Source of the DNA: Deltaproteobacteria bacterium
GTDB taxonomy: Bacteria; Myxococcota_A; UBA9160; SMWR01
DNA length: 64,000 nucleotides
Reading direction: 5' to 3'
Assembly (NCBI GenBank): GCA_032128375.1
Contig: JAQBGU010000084.1
Span: 49,322-113,321, forward strand
The notes below the pieces were generated by a model. The model had not been told where the DNA came from. It made no database searches and saw only the letters and a program-made list of their open reading frames with translations. The position numbers and the translations under genes were made by a program. Shown in pieces: positions 8,862 to 18,713 of the stretch (position 1 is the first letter of the stretch; each line of letters begins with the position of its first letter).

Positions 8862-10391
8862 ATGATGGAAATTCCGGGTCATTCAACGAACCGTTCAACG
8901 AGCAGTCTGAAATCAGCGCCCGCACACGCGAGCGGTCCCTATGTCTGGGCGATTGCAGGCGGCAAGGGCGGCGTCGGCAAGTCCGTCATTTCCTCGAGCA
9001 TCGCGATCTCGATGGCCCGAAATGGCGACCGGACGGTGATAGTCGATGCGGACCTCGGCTGCGCGAACTTGCACACGATCCTCGGTGTCCCCCGTCCGGA
9101 GCGGACCCTCGCGCAATTTCTGAACAACGAGTACGCGGAACTGACCGAGGTGATGTGCCCCGGACCGGTCCCGAACCTGTACTTGATTGGCGGCGCGCAG
9201 GCGCCTTACGAAATGGCGAATCCCAAGCATTCGCGGATGCGCAAGCTGCTGCGCCACATCCGTCGGCTCCCCTTTGACCACGTGCTTCTCGACCTCGGTG
9301 CAGGCAGCGCGTTCAACGTTCTGGACTTCTTCCTTTCCGCCCACCGCGGAATCCTGGTGGTGGTCCCAGAGCCAACCTCCATCGAGAACGCTTACGATTT
9401 CATCAGGGCCGTGTTCTTCCGGGGGCTGCGCAAGGCCGCGAAGGACCCGCAGGTGCGCGCGGCTGTCGACCACGCGCAGAGTCAGCAGGTGGGTGACAGC
9501 ATGGATTCGCCCCGCCACCTCATGGACGCGATCCGGAAGATCGACGATTTCGCCGCGACGCGCATCCAGGAACAGGCCAAAGCGTTCTCCCCGATGATCG
9601 TCGTCAATCAGGCCGGCACGCTAGAGCACCGCCTGATGGGCCGCGACATCGTCACCGCCTGCCGCGAATACCTCGGCACCGAACTCGAGTTCGTGGGCGC
9701 GCTCGAGCGCGACGAGTGCGTGCGGGTAGCGGTGAGCAAGAGCAAGCCGGTGGTCGAACTCTTTCCGGGATGCGATTTCGCGCGCGATCTCCGCGTCGTG
9801 GTCGACCGCCTCAGCAAGGATCGGGTCATCGACTCGCGAAACCACGACGAGCGCGACACTTTGATCCACACAGGACACGTCACCCATGATCGGGAGCGGT
9901 TGGCCGTTCGCGGCCTGGCGCTAGACGAGGCGGGTTGTGAGGAGAAGATCGGCATACCCTACACCGCAACAGAGACGCAAGCCGAGTGCGCGGTGGAGGT
10001 GCTGCGGCGCATTCCAGAGCCCGAGGAATCTCAAATTCCCCTCCCGCCGATCGACCTCGACGCCCCCGGCGCGACGCTTCGGATCTGGCGGGAGCACCTG
10101 GGCTTGACGTTCGAGGAGCTCGTTCGCGATACGCGGATTCGGTGCCTCCAGAGCATCGAAAGCGAGTCCTTCGACAGTGTCCCTCCGGAGCCATACATCC
10201 GCGGCTTCGTAACGGACTACGCGCGTGTGCTGGGGCTGACGAATCCCGCCGCGATCGCCGCGGCCTTCGTGTGCCGTTACCGGTTGGCCGCGGCGGGAGC
10301 CCGGCCGCCCGAAGGCGCCCCGTCGCGCGGAACCAAGCCGCCGCTTCTCGGAGCTCGTGTCCATCGGCGAAGCTACGAGTCTGCGCGGTAG
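8862..10391 (+). CDS. FlhG/MinD-like P-loop ATPase with C-terminal RodZ-like HTH domain
   Basis: Deviant Walker A GGKGGVGKS, DADLGCANLH, DLGAG, PEPTSIENAY; C-terminal LRIWREHLGLT...YIRGFVTDYARVLGL; start uncertain (8844-8865). Confidence 0.82.
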   Translation: MMEIPGHSTNRSTSSLKSAPAHASGPYVWAIAGGKGGVGKSVISSSIAISMARNGDRTVIVDADLGCANLHTILGVPRPERTLAQFLNNEYAELTEVMCPGPVPNLYLIGGAQAPYEMANPKHSRMRKLLRHIRRLPFDHVLLDLGAGSAFNVLDFFLSAHRGILVVVPEPTSIENAYDFIRAVFFRGLRKAAKDPQVRAAVDHAQSQQVGDSMDSPRHLMDAIRKIDDFAATRIQEQAKAFSPMIVVNQAGTLEHRLMGRDIVTACREYLGTELEFVGALERDECVRVAVSKSKPVVELFPGCDFARDLRVVVDRLSKDRVIDSRNHDERDTLIHTGHVTHDRERLAVRGLALDEAGCEEKIGIPYTATETQAECAVEVLRRIPEPEESQIPLPPIDLDAPGATLRIWREHLGLTFEELVRDTRIRCLQSIESESFDSVPPEPYIRGFVTDYARVLGLTNPAAIAAAFVCRYRLAAAGARPPEGAPSRGTKPPLLGARVHRRSYESAR

Positions 10392-10553
10392 AGCGCCAGC
10401 TCTAGCGTACAAGCGACGACGGTGAAGAATTCTATGAATTCGCCCCAGGTCGGACCGGCAATCCAGGCGGCCCCGTCAGCCGACACAGGTCCCAGCTGGG
10501 GCGTTCGATGTGGCGCCGGCCGGCCTCAACTTCGATAACGCGTTCTTGGCGAG

Positions 10554-13500
10554 CTACTCGCGCATTTCGCGGACCAAGCGAAGGGCCAGAAAAGCCACGA
10601 TCGCGACCGAACCAAGCAACACGGCCCAGAGTATCAGGGTTCGGATGGGGTAACCCGATTCCGGCTCGAGCGCGGCGGCGCCCCTCAGCGCGACTCGCGG
10701 TCCGAGCACCGCAGTTGGGGAAATCGATTCTGCGCCCCCCGCAACGCGTCGGCTGATCGCCATCAGCTTTGGGGCTTCGAAGCGCGCGGCCGGTGCGCCC
10801 AGTTTTCCGTAGACCAACGTATGCGGGCCCCCGCCTTGATCGATGAAGTAGAGCTGCTCGGGAGGCCACGCGACCCGCAGCGTGGGCGCGTGCTTCCACG
10901 CGTCCCCGCCCTTCGAAGCGACGTCGATACGAATGAATCTCGCCGGGCCTGAGGTCAACTCGATGGGCTCGTTGTGGCTTTCCTGGTCGTCCGTCACGCC
11001 GAGGCGGTAGATGATCCCGCGGTGAATCTGCCGCCACGGCCCCTCCGCCTGGTCGGCCCGATAAACCTCGGCGGAGACGAGCGCGCGGCCACCAGCGAGA
11101 TCGACCTGGATCTGATCGATCGGCGGCCAACCGCCCAGATCGTACCGATACGAGCCTGAGTCGATCGAATCTCCCTCGATGGCCGCTTCCAGACGCTTCA
11201 CCGTCCGTTCGGGTGCACGTTGGACCGCCCTCACACCGAGGATCGTGGGCGCCTTCTCATTCGCCGGCCAGCTGATTCGCAGGTACTTCGCGCGACTTCG
11301 GCGAAATTCTACGCGGCGCCGTTCAATTTGATCCGTTGCGCCGGCCAACTGCGCAACGACGGCGGCGGCCGTTAGTTCCCTGTACGCCACAAAATCGCCG
11401 GTTGCCTCGACTCGCAGTGGGACCAGGAAGTCCTCGCTCTGGGGTGCAAGGTCGAGTTCGAGTCCGGCCACTTCTCCGTGCAGGCTCGAGGCATCGATGA
11501 TATAGGCCCGTGGGCTCACAGCGTCTGATGGATTCGACGCGTCAGGCTCCAGCGCAAGGGTGGCTCGCTCCCCATCGATGTCTACGTCGACGCGATACCT
11601 CCCGCCGCGCACAAGGATCTCACTCGGGGATTTGCCGTCCGGAAGTCGAAACAGAGGCAAAGAGGTCAACGTCGACACTGTGCTTTTCGGTACGACCTGT
11701 GCGGCGATGGCGTGAGGCACCGCCACTCCCGCGGCGTCGAAAACGCGGAGATCGGCGAGCCCCGGCTCCACGCTGTCGCGATAAATTTCGTATGGGAGTT
11801 CGACCCCTTGAATGACTCGGCGGCTCGTGGTTTCGATCGCACGACTCCACGCGAAATCATCTTTCGACAGGGGTGCCGCGCTTTGGGCAGACGCGGGGCG
11901 TGTACTGATTGTGGCGAAGCATACGATGATCCAGATCAACGATGTGCGGGTTGCCTGGCCAGGCGCCCCGGCCTCCGATGATCGCCCCCCGGCGTCGCCC
12001 GCTTCAGCAGCCTCTTCCGGTGGAACCGGCGACAGATATCCAACGATCAACAGCAACACGCCGACGACCAAGAAGGTGCCGATCTTTGCAGGAGTGGTGA
12101 GTTGGGAAAGATCGACCACGAAAAGCTTGATTACGGTGATTGCCAATAGCCCAGCGAACGCCATCCACGGCTTGCGAAGCCGCTGACGCGTCGAGAACCA
12201 CATCCCGGCGACCCCAACGAGCGTCCACGCGATCGACAAACATACTTGCAAGGAAATCGAGTCCCACAATGCATCCGGACGATGCGCGACCCCGGTCCAT
12301 TGGACGACGCTGCGAGTGAGTACCGCGTTCATCCAGCAGAAGGCCAAGACCACTGCGACCAGTCGCATGGCCGGTTTACTCGCCTCGAGTGCTTCCGCCG
12401 ATTCCATCGAAGCAAGCCGAAGCGCCCAGACGCCGGCTGATACCGCGATCAAGGTGATCGTGAGATCGATCGGATTGAGAAGTGGAAGATAGGCAAGCGG
12501 CGCGAAGGCGCCGTCGGCTGCGAAGTTCGTCCCGAACACCCACAACAAACCAACGATCAATATCGGTCCGACACCGAAAGTGAAATGGATCCGCGCGAAT
12601 CGACCGAATGCCCCGAGTTCCCGCCGAATCAGGTGTAGAGCCGCCGCGGAAACGCCGCCCAAGCCAATGCCGATGCCGGCGAGCCCCCAGTCGGGACCGA
12701 GTGCCAGAGATCGGTCGGCTAAACCGTACAAAGCGAACCCGACGAACAAGCTCGAGAGCCACAGCCATGGTGCGTACGCATACGAGGTCGATGCATACGC
12801 CGAATCTTCGAGCTGATGGATGACCCAGTAGATGGCAGCCAGACACAGCGGCCAAGCCACGAACCCGCCTGCGGCCAGCAAACTCGGTTGGCTCTCGAGT
12901 GCTTGTGCCAGCGCCCAGGCCGCCAATGGAATCGACAACAAGCCCATCGTCCGCCCTGACTCCCACGAGACCCGCTGGGCCCCCCAATGCAGGAGTGCCG
13001 TGCTCGCGCCGAGCAGCCCAATTTCGCAGGCCATCGTGAAACGGTCCGGAAGGAACTGTTCGAATTCGTGAACCGCCCCCCAGCCCCACCAGGCCAATCC
13101 CCAAACGCCAGCGGCCTGTGCGATCGCCCAGAACCAGATGCCCTGGTCGTCGCGTACGCGATCTGCTTCCCGCGCGATCGTGAGGCCGGCGAATGTGAGC
13201 GCCAGCGCCGACAGGAAGCGGCTGTTGGCGAGCCATTGGGTAGGTGCTTCGTAACTGCTGATCAGCCAAATGGCGAACGCGACCGCGGCCAGCGGCTGAA
13301 GGGCGAGACCCGTGACACGCGCGAGCCGACGAGATTGGCGTACGCCGATCCAATGCACGCCGGCGCCTTCGAGTGCCCAAACGATCGCGGTCGTCGGGGA
13401 GTCTTCGAAGGCGAACGGAACGGCCATCGTGGCGAGCCCGACGGCGAGCGCAATGAACGCTTCGGAGAGTTGGCGAAGCGTCTCGGGCGCAGTCCTCCAC

Positions 13501-14807
13501 AACCAGACTGCGATGCCGGCATATACAAGAGCCATCCCCGCGGTCGCGATCGCCAGCGCTAGTTCGACTGCTTTGAGCAGCGATGCCAACGCGAGTAGCG
13601 AAACCAGCGGGGTCCCGAAGACGAGCGTCGCGTCGACGATTCCCTTCAGGTTGGGCGGCTGGCGCCATGCGAAGAGCAACGCTTCGCCGGTAAAGAGAAA
13701 CAGAAAGGCAAAAACGAACGGCATGGTACTCGCCAGCTGCTCAGGCTGATAGGAAAGGACCCCCCAGGCGGTTGCGACCCCGTAGGTACACACGAATGCG
13801 AGCAAGTTGAGCACACGCCAGCTGCGCATGAACGCGATAGAGGCGATGGAGAGGTTGAGAACCAGGTAATAGCTGAACAGCGCGACATGGTTGCCCGAAC
13901 CTGTCGATGCCAGGACCGGGGCGAGAAAACCACCGAGGCTCGCGATCACGATCAATGGCAACGCACGCTGCAAGACCGCCAACATTCCAGCCGCAGCAGC
14001 GATCACCGCGAACAGCACGAACGCCAAGCCAACCGGCACCAAGTCAAAGATCCGAAACGCCATGAACGCAACCAGGTAAAGCGCTGCGAGACCGCCCCCT
14101 TGGAGCGTCGTCCCAAAGCTCGGTCGCGCCGTTCGAAGTCGAAACCCCACGCCGACGAGACCGACCCCAATCAACGCCGCGCTGGCAAGGCGCGCCTCGA
14201 TCGGAAACAGCGAATGTTCGGCCGCCCATCGCGCAAGCAATGTGATGCCCACCAACAACACGAGCACCCCGGCGCGCACAACGGTGTTGCCCCCGAAAAG
14301 CCAGGCGCGAACCGCGTTGATGCCGCGAGCGAATGCGTTGGGTGTTGGCGGGGAAGGCGGCCGGCGAGGAAATGGTGGCGCCATTGGAGGAAGGCTCGGC
14401 ACTTGTGCGCGCGGCGCGACCTCGGGAAAATCGGCTGGGGTGGCATCTGCGAAAGGAGAGGGTGCCACGGCCGGCGGCGACGTCGATGGAACGCCTCCGG
14501 TCGTCTGTTGCTCCCGCTGCGCAGGCGGCACTCGCGACGCGTCCTCGATCGTCCGCTCTAGCCTATCGACTCGGGTCAGCATTTCCGCGTGCGAACGGAA
14601 CAGCGAAGTGCTGCGCGCCCGTTCCCTACGTAGCAGCGCAAAGACGACACCGAGCCCCAGACCCAGCCCCGCGGCTGCCTCCACCCTTGAAAAAGCGCCC
14701 GCCACGAATCCGCCGAGTACGGCACCCGCCACGGCTAACCCAAGCATACCGGGGACGCCGACCTTCTCAGTTTTTTTCGATTGAGCCTGTGACACCGCTA
14801 CCCTCAC
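10554..14807 (-). CDS. DUF2339 polytopic membrane protein fused in frame to a DUF3999-like protein
   Basis: WLFGGNTVVRAGVLVL, GGFLAPVLASTGSGNH, KLFVVDL and GYLSPVPP, then DFAW, DLRVFDAAG and C-terminal LWAVLL TM helix; start may be 14747. Confidence 0.8.
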   Translation of the reverse strand: MRVAVSQAQSKKTEKVGVPGMLGLAVAGAVLGGFVAGAFSRVEAAAGLGLGLGVVFALLRRERARSTSLFRSHAEMLTRVDRLERTIEDASRVPPAQREQQTTGGVPSTSPPAVAPSPFADATPADFPEVAPRAQVPSLPPMAPPFPRRPPSPPTPNAFARGINAVRAWLFGGNTVVRAGVLVLLVGITLLARWAAEHSLFPIEARLASAALIGVGLVGVGFRLRTARPSFGTTLQGGGLAALYLVAFMAFRIFDLVPVGLAFVLFAVIAAAAGMLAVLQRALPLIVIASLGGFLAPVLASTGSGNHVALFSYYLVLNLSIASIAFMRSWRVLNLLAFVCTYGVATAWGVLSYQPEQLASTMPFVFAFLFLFTGEALLFAWRQPPNLKGIVDATLVFGTPLVSLLALASLLKAVELALAIATAGMALVYAGIAVWLWRTAPETLRQLSEAFIALAVGLATMAVPFAFEDSPTTAIVWALEGAGVHWIGVRQSRRLARVTGLALQPLAAVAFAIWLISSYEAPTQWLANSRFLSALALTFAGLTIAREADRVRDDQGIWFWAIAQAAGVWGLAWWGWGAVHEFEQFLPDRFTMACEIGLLGASTALLHWGAQRVSWESGRTMGLLSIPLAAWALAQALESQPSLLAAGGFVAWPLCLAAIYWVIHQLEDSAYASTSYAYAPWLWLSSLFVGFALYGLADRSLALGPDWGLAGIGIGLGGVSAAALHLIRRELGAFGRFARIHFTFGVGPILIVGLLWVFGTNFAADGAFAPLAYLPLLNPIDLTITLIAVSAGVWALRLASMESAEALEASKPAMRLVAVVLAFCWMNAVLTRSVVQWTGVAHRPDALWDSISLQVCLSIAWTLVGVAGMWFSTRQRLRKPWMAFAGLLAITVIKLFVVDLSQLTTPAKIGTFLVVGVLLLIVGYLSPVPPEEAAEAGDAGGRSSEAGAPGQATRTSLIWIIVCFATISTRPASAQSAAPLSKDDFAWSRAIETTSRRVIQGVELPYEIYRDSVEPGLADLRVFDAAGVAVPHAIAAQVVPKSTVSTLTSLPLFRLPDGKSPSEILVRGGRYRVDVDIDGERATLALEPDASNPSDAVSPRAYIIDASSLHGEVAGLELDLAPQSEDFLVPLRVEATGDFVAYRELTAAAVVAQLAGATDQIERRRVEFRRSRAKYLRISWPANEKAPTILGVRAVQRAPERTVKRLEAAIEGDSIDSGSYRYDLGGWPPIDQIQVDLAGGRALVSAEVYRADQAEGPWRQIHRGIIYRLGVTDDQESHNEPIELTSGPARFIRIDVASKGGDAWKHAPTLRVAWPPEQLYFIDQGGGPHTLVYGKLGAPAARFEAPKLMAISRRVAGGAESISPTAVLGPRVALRGAAALEPESGYPIRTLILWAVLLGSVAIVAFLALRLVREMRE

Positions 14808-15041
14808 TGTAAAGTCTGACGCTTCGCGGTGATGACAGCCATGCCCTGCGCAACTTCAGGGAACCGCGGGTTGGAAGTCGATCGGTCGTCGCGGGGGAAG
14901 ATCTTGAGCGCGACGTTCTTTCAGCGCCTTCGCCGGCTCATGAATCGCCGCCTGTGCTTGCGTGGCTCGTTGGCGAATGGGCGGAGATAGACATTTCCAT
15001 GACGTCGACAAACAACTAGCTTTCGATTCCAGGAGATCAAC

Positions 15042-16751
15042 ATGCCCCTACCCAAGAGCCTCAGCACATCCGAGCACACCGATCTCGATCTGAAACTCGT
15101 CGAGGGCCAATGGCCCGACGGACTCACTGGTGAGTATGTGGTTGTCGCCCCCGGCCCCAAGACCGACGATATCGGCTACCAGCTGTTCACCGAAGGTCAT
15201 ACGATTCGCCTTTCGTTGCGCCCCGGGACAGATGGTGCTGCGCCCGATCGCTTTGCGTGGCGAGCGCGCAAGATTCGCGGCCCTTCCGTGCGACTCTTTG
15301 AGCAATGTCGGGATGTGTGCGCTGGCGGTCCGGCCGGCTACACGTCGCCGTTTGGCCTGTTGAACATGGCGAATACCGCGGTGATGCCGTGGGGCGATCG
15401 ACTCTTCGCCACCTGGGATGTGGGGCGGCCCGTCGAACTCGATCCGGTGTCGCTCGAGTTTCTCGCAGAGGTGGGATCAAAACGTAGTTGGGGCCAGTCA
15501 ATTCCGATTCCCGGCGTACTTCCGTTCATCTTCTCGACCGCGCACCCCGTCATCGATCCCGATCGCGATTGCCTGTGGACCGTCAAGCTCAGTCCTTCGG
15601 TTGACCACCCAGGTCACGTAGGGACCACCGTGATCCGTTGGGATGGCGAAGGCAGCGAGGTCAGCACCTGGCCAGTGACCGGCGCCCACTTCATGGGGAC
15701 CATGCACACCATCACGCAGACGCGCAATTTTCTCATCCTCGCCGACTCGGGAAACTTCAAGCCCGACCCGGGCGAGATGGGTGGCGGCAAGCGCACGGTC
15801 CTGATCGACTACGAGTCGCCTGTGTTCGTGGTGCGCAAGGATGACCTCGAATCGACGCCGTCCGGCCAGCCGGTGCCGATGAAAAAATTCATGATCGCTC
15901 CACCGACCGCTCACCTGTATGCCGTTTACGACGACAGCGATGGGATCCGCGTAATCTTCGAAAACATGGATCTCGAAGACCTCGCGATCTACCACAGGCC
16001 CGGCGATGTGGACGTGTATGGCGAACCCATCGATCCGAGCCAGATCGGCTTGTACAACATGGCGATGTCGCCGTCCTCGTTCACCGAGGTGGAGTTCGAT
16101 GTGGAGACCGGCAAGCTCAACGGCCGCGCGAAGCTGCGGGAGGATTGGACGTGGAGTAAGCAGTTGTCGGCCATGGACTGGAGCCCTGCCGGTCTGAGCG
16201 CGCCGACAGTCCACCACCAGTTGGTCCACGGTTGGCGACCCCACAACGTGTCGCGCCGCGCCCTCGAGATCTACAAAGGACGCGTCGACCCCGACGAGTT
16301 TCCGAGCGAAGAGACCCCCGCCACCTTGGTGAGCCTGAACCGCGGCAGTCTCGACGTTCGCAGCCGCTACGACTATCCGACGACCGACGTACTGCCCACC
16401 TCGCCGGTTTTCGTGCCGCGCAATCCGGGGCGCGATCGTTTCGGATTGGAGGGGTCTGACCCCGGTGGCCACGACGGTTGGGTGGTAATGCCGGTACTGC
16501 GTGACGCAGGGCTCGTGATCGACGTCTTCGACGCAGACTCTGTTGGGAAAGGCGCGGTCGCTCGCTTGGCGGCCCCCGCTGGTGAGACGGTGCCGATGTT
16601 GTTGCACTCGTGCTGGATGCCGCGCGCGGCCCCCGCCCCGGCCGCGCAGCGGCTGCGGTTTGCCGACGATTTCGAAGACGGCGACCTCGCGTTGCTCGAC
16701 GATCGCTTGAAGGACGCCGTGCACTCCGTCGCCCGCGACCTCGCAGGGTGA
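15042..16751 (+). CDS. Carotenoid oxygenase (RPE65/CCD) family protein
   Basis: NMANTAV, WDVGRPVELDP; four candidate Fe-ligand His in STAHP, MHTI, AHLY and LHSCW; AGGAG RBS. Confidence 0.82.
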   Translation: MPLPKSLSTSEHTDLDLKLVEGQWPDGLTGEYVVVAPGPKTDDIGYQLFTEGHTIRLSLRPGTDGAAPDRFAWRARKIRGPSVRLFEQCRDVCAGGPAGYTSPFGLLNMANTAVMPWGDRLFATWDVGRPVELDPVSLEFLAEVGSKRSWGQSIPIPGVLPFIFSTAHPVIDPDRDCLWTVKLSPSVDHPGHVGTTVIRWDGEGSEVSTWPVTGAHFMGTMHTITQTRNFLILADSGNFKPDPGEMGGGKRTVLIDYESPVFVVRKDDLESTPSGQPVPMKKFMIAPPTAHLYAVYDDSDGIRVIFENMDLEDLAIYHRPGDVDVYGEPIDPSQIGLYNMAMSPSSFTEVEFDVETGKLNGRAKLREDWTWSKQLSAMDWSPAGLSAPTVHHQLVHGWRPHNVSRRALEIYKGRVDPDEFPSEETPATLVSLNRGSLDVRSRYDYPTTDVLPTSPVFVPRNPGRDRFGLEGSDPGGHDGWVVMPVLRDAGLVIDVFDADSVGKGAVARLAAPAGETVPMLLHSCWMPRAAPAPAAQRLRFADDFEDGDLALLDDRLKDAVHSVARDLAG

Positions 16752-16920
16752 GGCTGAGGTTTCCAACCCCACGATCAATTCGGTCGCTCAGCCGCTACGG
16801 TGCCGACAACCATGGCCGCGTCCCATCCACTTCCGGCCGCCCGCCAGGTACGCCGGGCGCCGGGTTGGCGGCGCGGTCGGCTGACGAAAGACAATCTCTT
16901 GTGGGAAACGGAATCTCATC

Positions 16921-17490
16921 ATGACGAAGCTGTTGGTTCTGAGCGGTAGTAGCCGAGCGGAATCCTTCAATCTGAAGCTGGCGACCCAACTCGCGTCGAT
17001 CGCCAAACAGGAAGGCGCAGAAGTTGCGCTCGTGAATCTCGAGGACTTTGAATTGCCGATATACAATGGTGATTTGGAAGGCACCGAAGGGTTGCCGGAC
17101 GCAGCCAGGCGACTCAAGAAGCTGCTACAAGACAACACCGGACTCATCGTCACATGTCCAGAATACAATGGCTTCATGACACCCTTACTGATCAACGCGA
17201 TCGACTGGTGCACACGTTCTGACGACGCATCTGTAGATCTGTCTGGCTTTGCTGACAAGACACTACTGGTTGCGAGCGCATCGCCTGGTCCCGGCGGTGG
17301 GGGTCGCGCGAGTACTCACCTGAAAACCATGCTATCTGCAATTGGTTCCGTGGTATTTCCCCAGTCACTGACCGTGTCTTCTGCATTCAATGCATTTGGC
17401 GATCAGGGAGAGTTTACAGACGCTTCGATGGCGAAGCGCGCTCAGCGGCTCGTCAGCAAGTTCATTCAATTCAGCCAGCGCTTCGAATGA
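16921..17490 (+). CDS. NADPH-dependent FMN reductase
   Basis: SGSSRAESFN, CPEYNG, NAIDW and SASPGPGGG motifs. Confidence 0.9.
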   Translation: MTKLLVLSGSSRAESFNLKLATQLASIAKQEGAEVALVNLEDFELPIYNGDLEGTEGLPDAARRLKKLLQDNTGLIVTCPEYNGFMTPLLINAIDWCTRSDDASVDLSGFADKTLLVASASPGPGGGGRASTHLKTMLSAIGSVVFPQSLTVSSAFNAFGDQGEFTDASMAKRAQRLVSKFIQFSQRFE

Positions 17491-17514
17491 CTCGCTCGGC
17501 TTCAGCTGAGCGGG
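17491..17514 (+). terminator. GC-rich hairpin after the FMN reductase stop (no U-tract)
   Basis: ctcgctcggc-ttca-gctgagcggg pairs with G-U wobbles. Confidence 0.35.
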
Positions 17515-17625
17515 GCAGCTCCGAGAAGGAACAGCGTTCGGATTCACCGAGCGCTGGTGTCGGCATCGGCGAAAAGTGGCTCATCAGGCGGGCTGAATTC
17601 GCGCGTCGATCGGAGGGCTGTGCAC

Positions 17626-18642
17626 ATGGATAGGCGAACCATCGGGCGCTGGAGCGCGCAGGAATTGCGCGACCGAAGAGCCAAGGGCGTTGAGATCGTG
17701 GTCGTCGATGTTCGCAACGGCTACGCCCGCGCTTTCGAACCGTGTGAGATCCCCGGCACCTTGTGGCTGCCGCTATCGGAAGTTTCTGAACAGTCGCACC
17801 GCTTGTCCCGGAGCGCCGAGATCGTCACCTATTGCACCTGACCAGAGGATATGAGCAGCGCCCGTGCGGCGCTGTGGCTGAACGAAGAGGGGTTCGCCGT
17901 CCACGTCTTGCAAGACGGCCTCGGAGCCTGGAAGGAAGCGGGCTACCCGACGGCTGCCGTCGATCTCGATGAGCTTCCGACGTTCGATCCTGAAGGCACC
18001 GGCGCCAAGACCCCCAACGAAACGGACAGAGCCGCGAGGCAGCACACCTCTGCGTTCCTCCCGGGGCTGGTCGAGAACTACGTCAACAAGCACGATTTGC
18101 CGATGCGACGCGATCTGACGGTACTGTTCGTCGACATCGCCGACTCCACCCGTACCATCGTCGAGCGAACACCTTCTGAGGCGCTTGCCTTCGTCCAGCG
18201 ATTCATGGGCATCGTGACGCAAGGCGCCCTCAACTACTGTGGGGACGTCAAGGATTATGAGGGCGACGGTGCGCTGCTGTACTTCGAAACCGTAACAGAG
18301 GCTACGCAAGCTGCGTTCTCGATTCGGCAAGCGCTTGCGAACGAGACGCCCGAAGTCGGCGATCGCCTTCGCGCTCGACTCAGCCTCGACACGGGCTCCA
18401 TTGTCATTGGGGTCATCGGCACACCGCTGCGGCGGTCCGTCGCCCTGATCGGCGAGAGCATCAACCTGGCGGCGCGGCTGTTAAAGGAAATCCCCCCCGG
18501 CGGCATCATCGCGACCGAGGCAGTAGTCCAACGACTCCGCGACGAGACACCCGCGCTGGCAGCGCAGTTCAGCGTGCTGAACGAGCCAATGACACTCAAG
18601 GGATTCGAAGAAAAGAAAGTCACCGCCTATCGGGCCTCGTGA
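17626..18642 (+). CDS. Putative selenoprotein: rhodanese domain (C-x-U) fused to a class III nucleotide cyclase, 338 aa, Sec at codon 72
   Basis: ORFs 17557-17841 and 17851-18642 are in the same frame, separated by TGA at 17839-17841 inside the rhodanese active-site loop; GGAGG RBS before ATG 17626; cyclase motifs FVDIADST, GDG and NLAARL. Confidence 0.8.
17856..17874 (+). promoter_or_regulatory. Candidate bacterial SECIS hairpin
   Basis: CAGCGCC-CGTGC-GGCGCTG, a perfect 7-bp stem; the loop follows a 21-nt spacer after the UGA and has G at position 2. Confidence 0.65.
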
Positions 18643-18713
18643 CGACAAATCGACCGCGATCTCCAACGAGTCCCGAAAATTTCGCATCGAACCCAGATCA
18701 ACGAGGCCCCCCA

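Noticed and set aside
12376..13668. Long alternative-frame and antisense ORFs (also 15498-16778, 47744-49036 and others)
   Set aside because: Shadow ORFs typical of high-GC DNA that overlap well-supported genes and have no motifs.
17851..18642. Standalone cyclase starting at ATG 17851
   Set aside because: It would begin with half a rhodanese domain. Read-through explains both ORFs better, although gagga upstream means a secondary internal start cannot be excluded.
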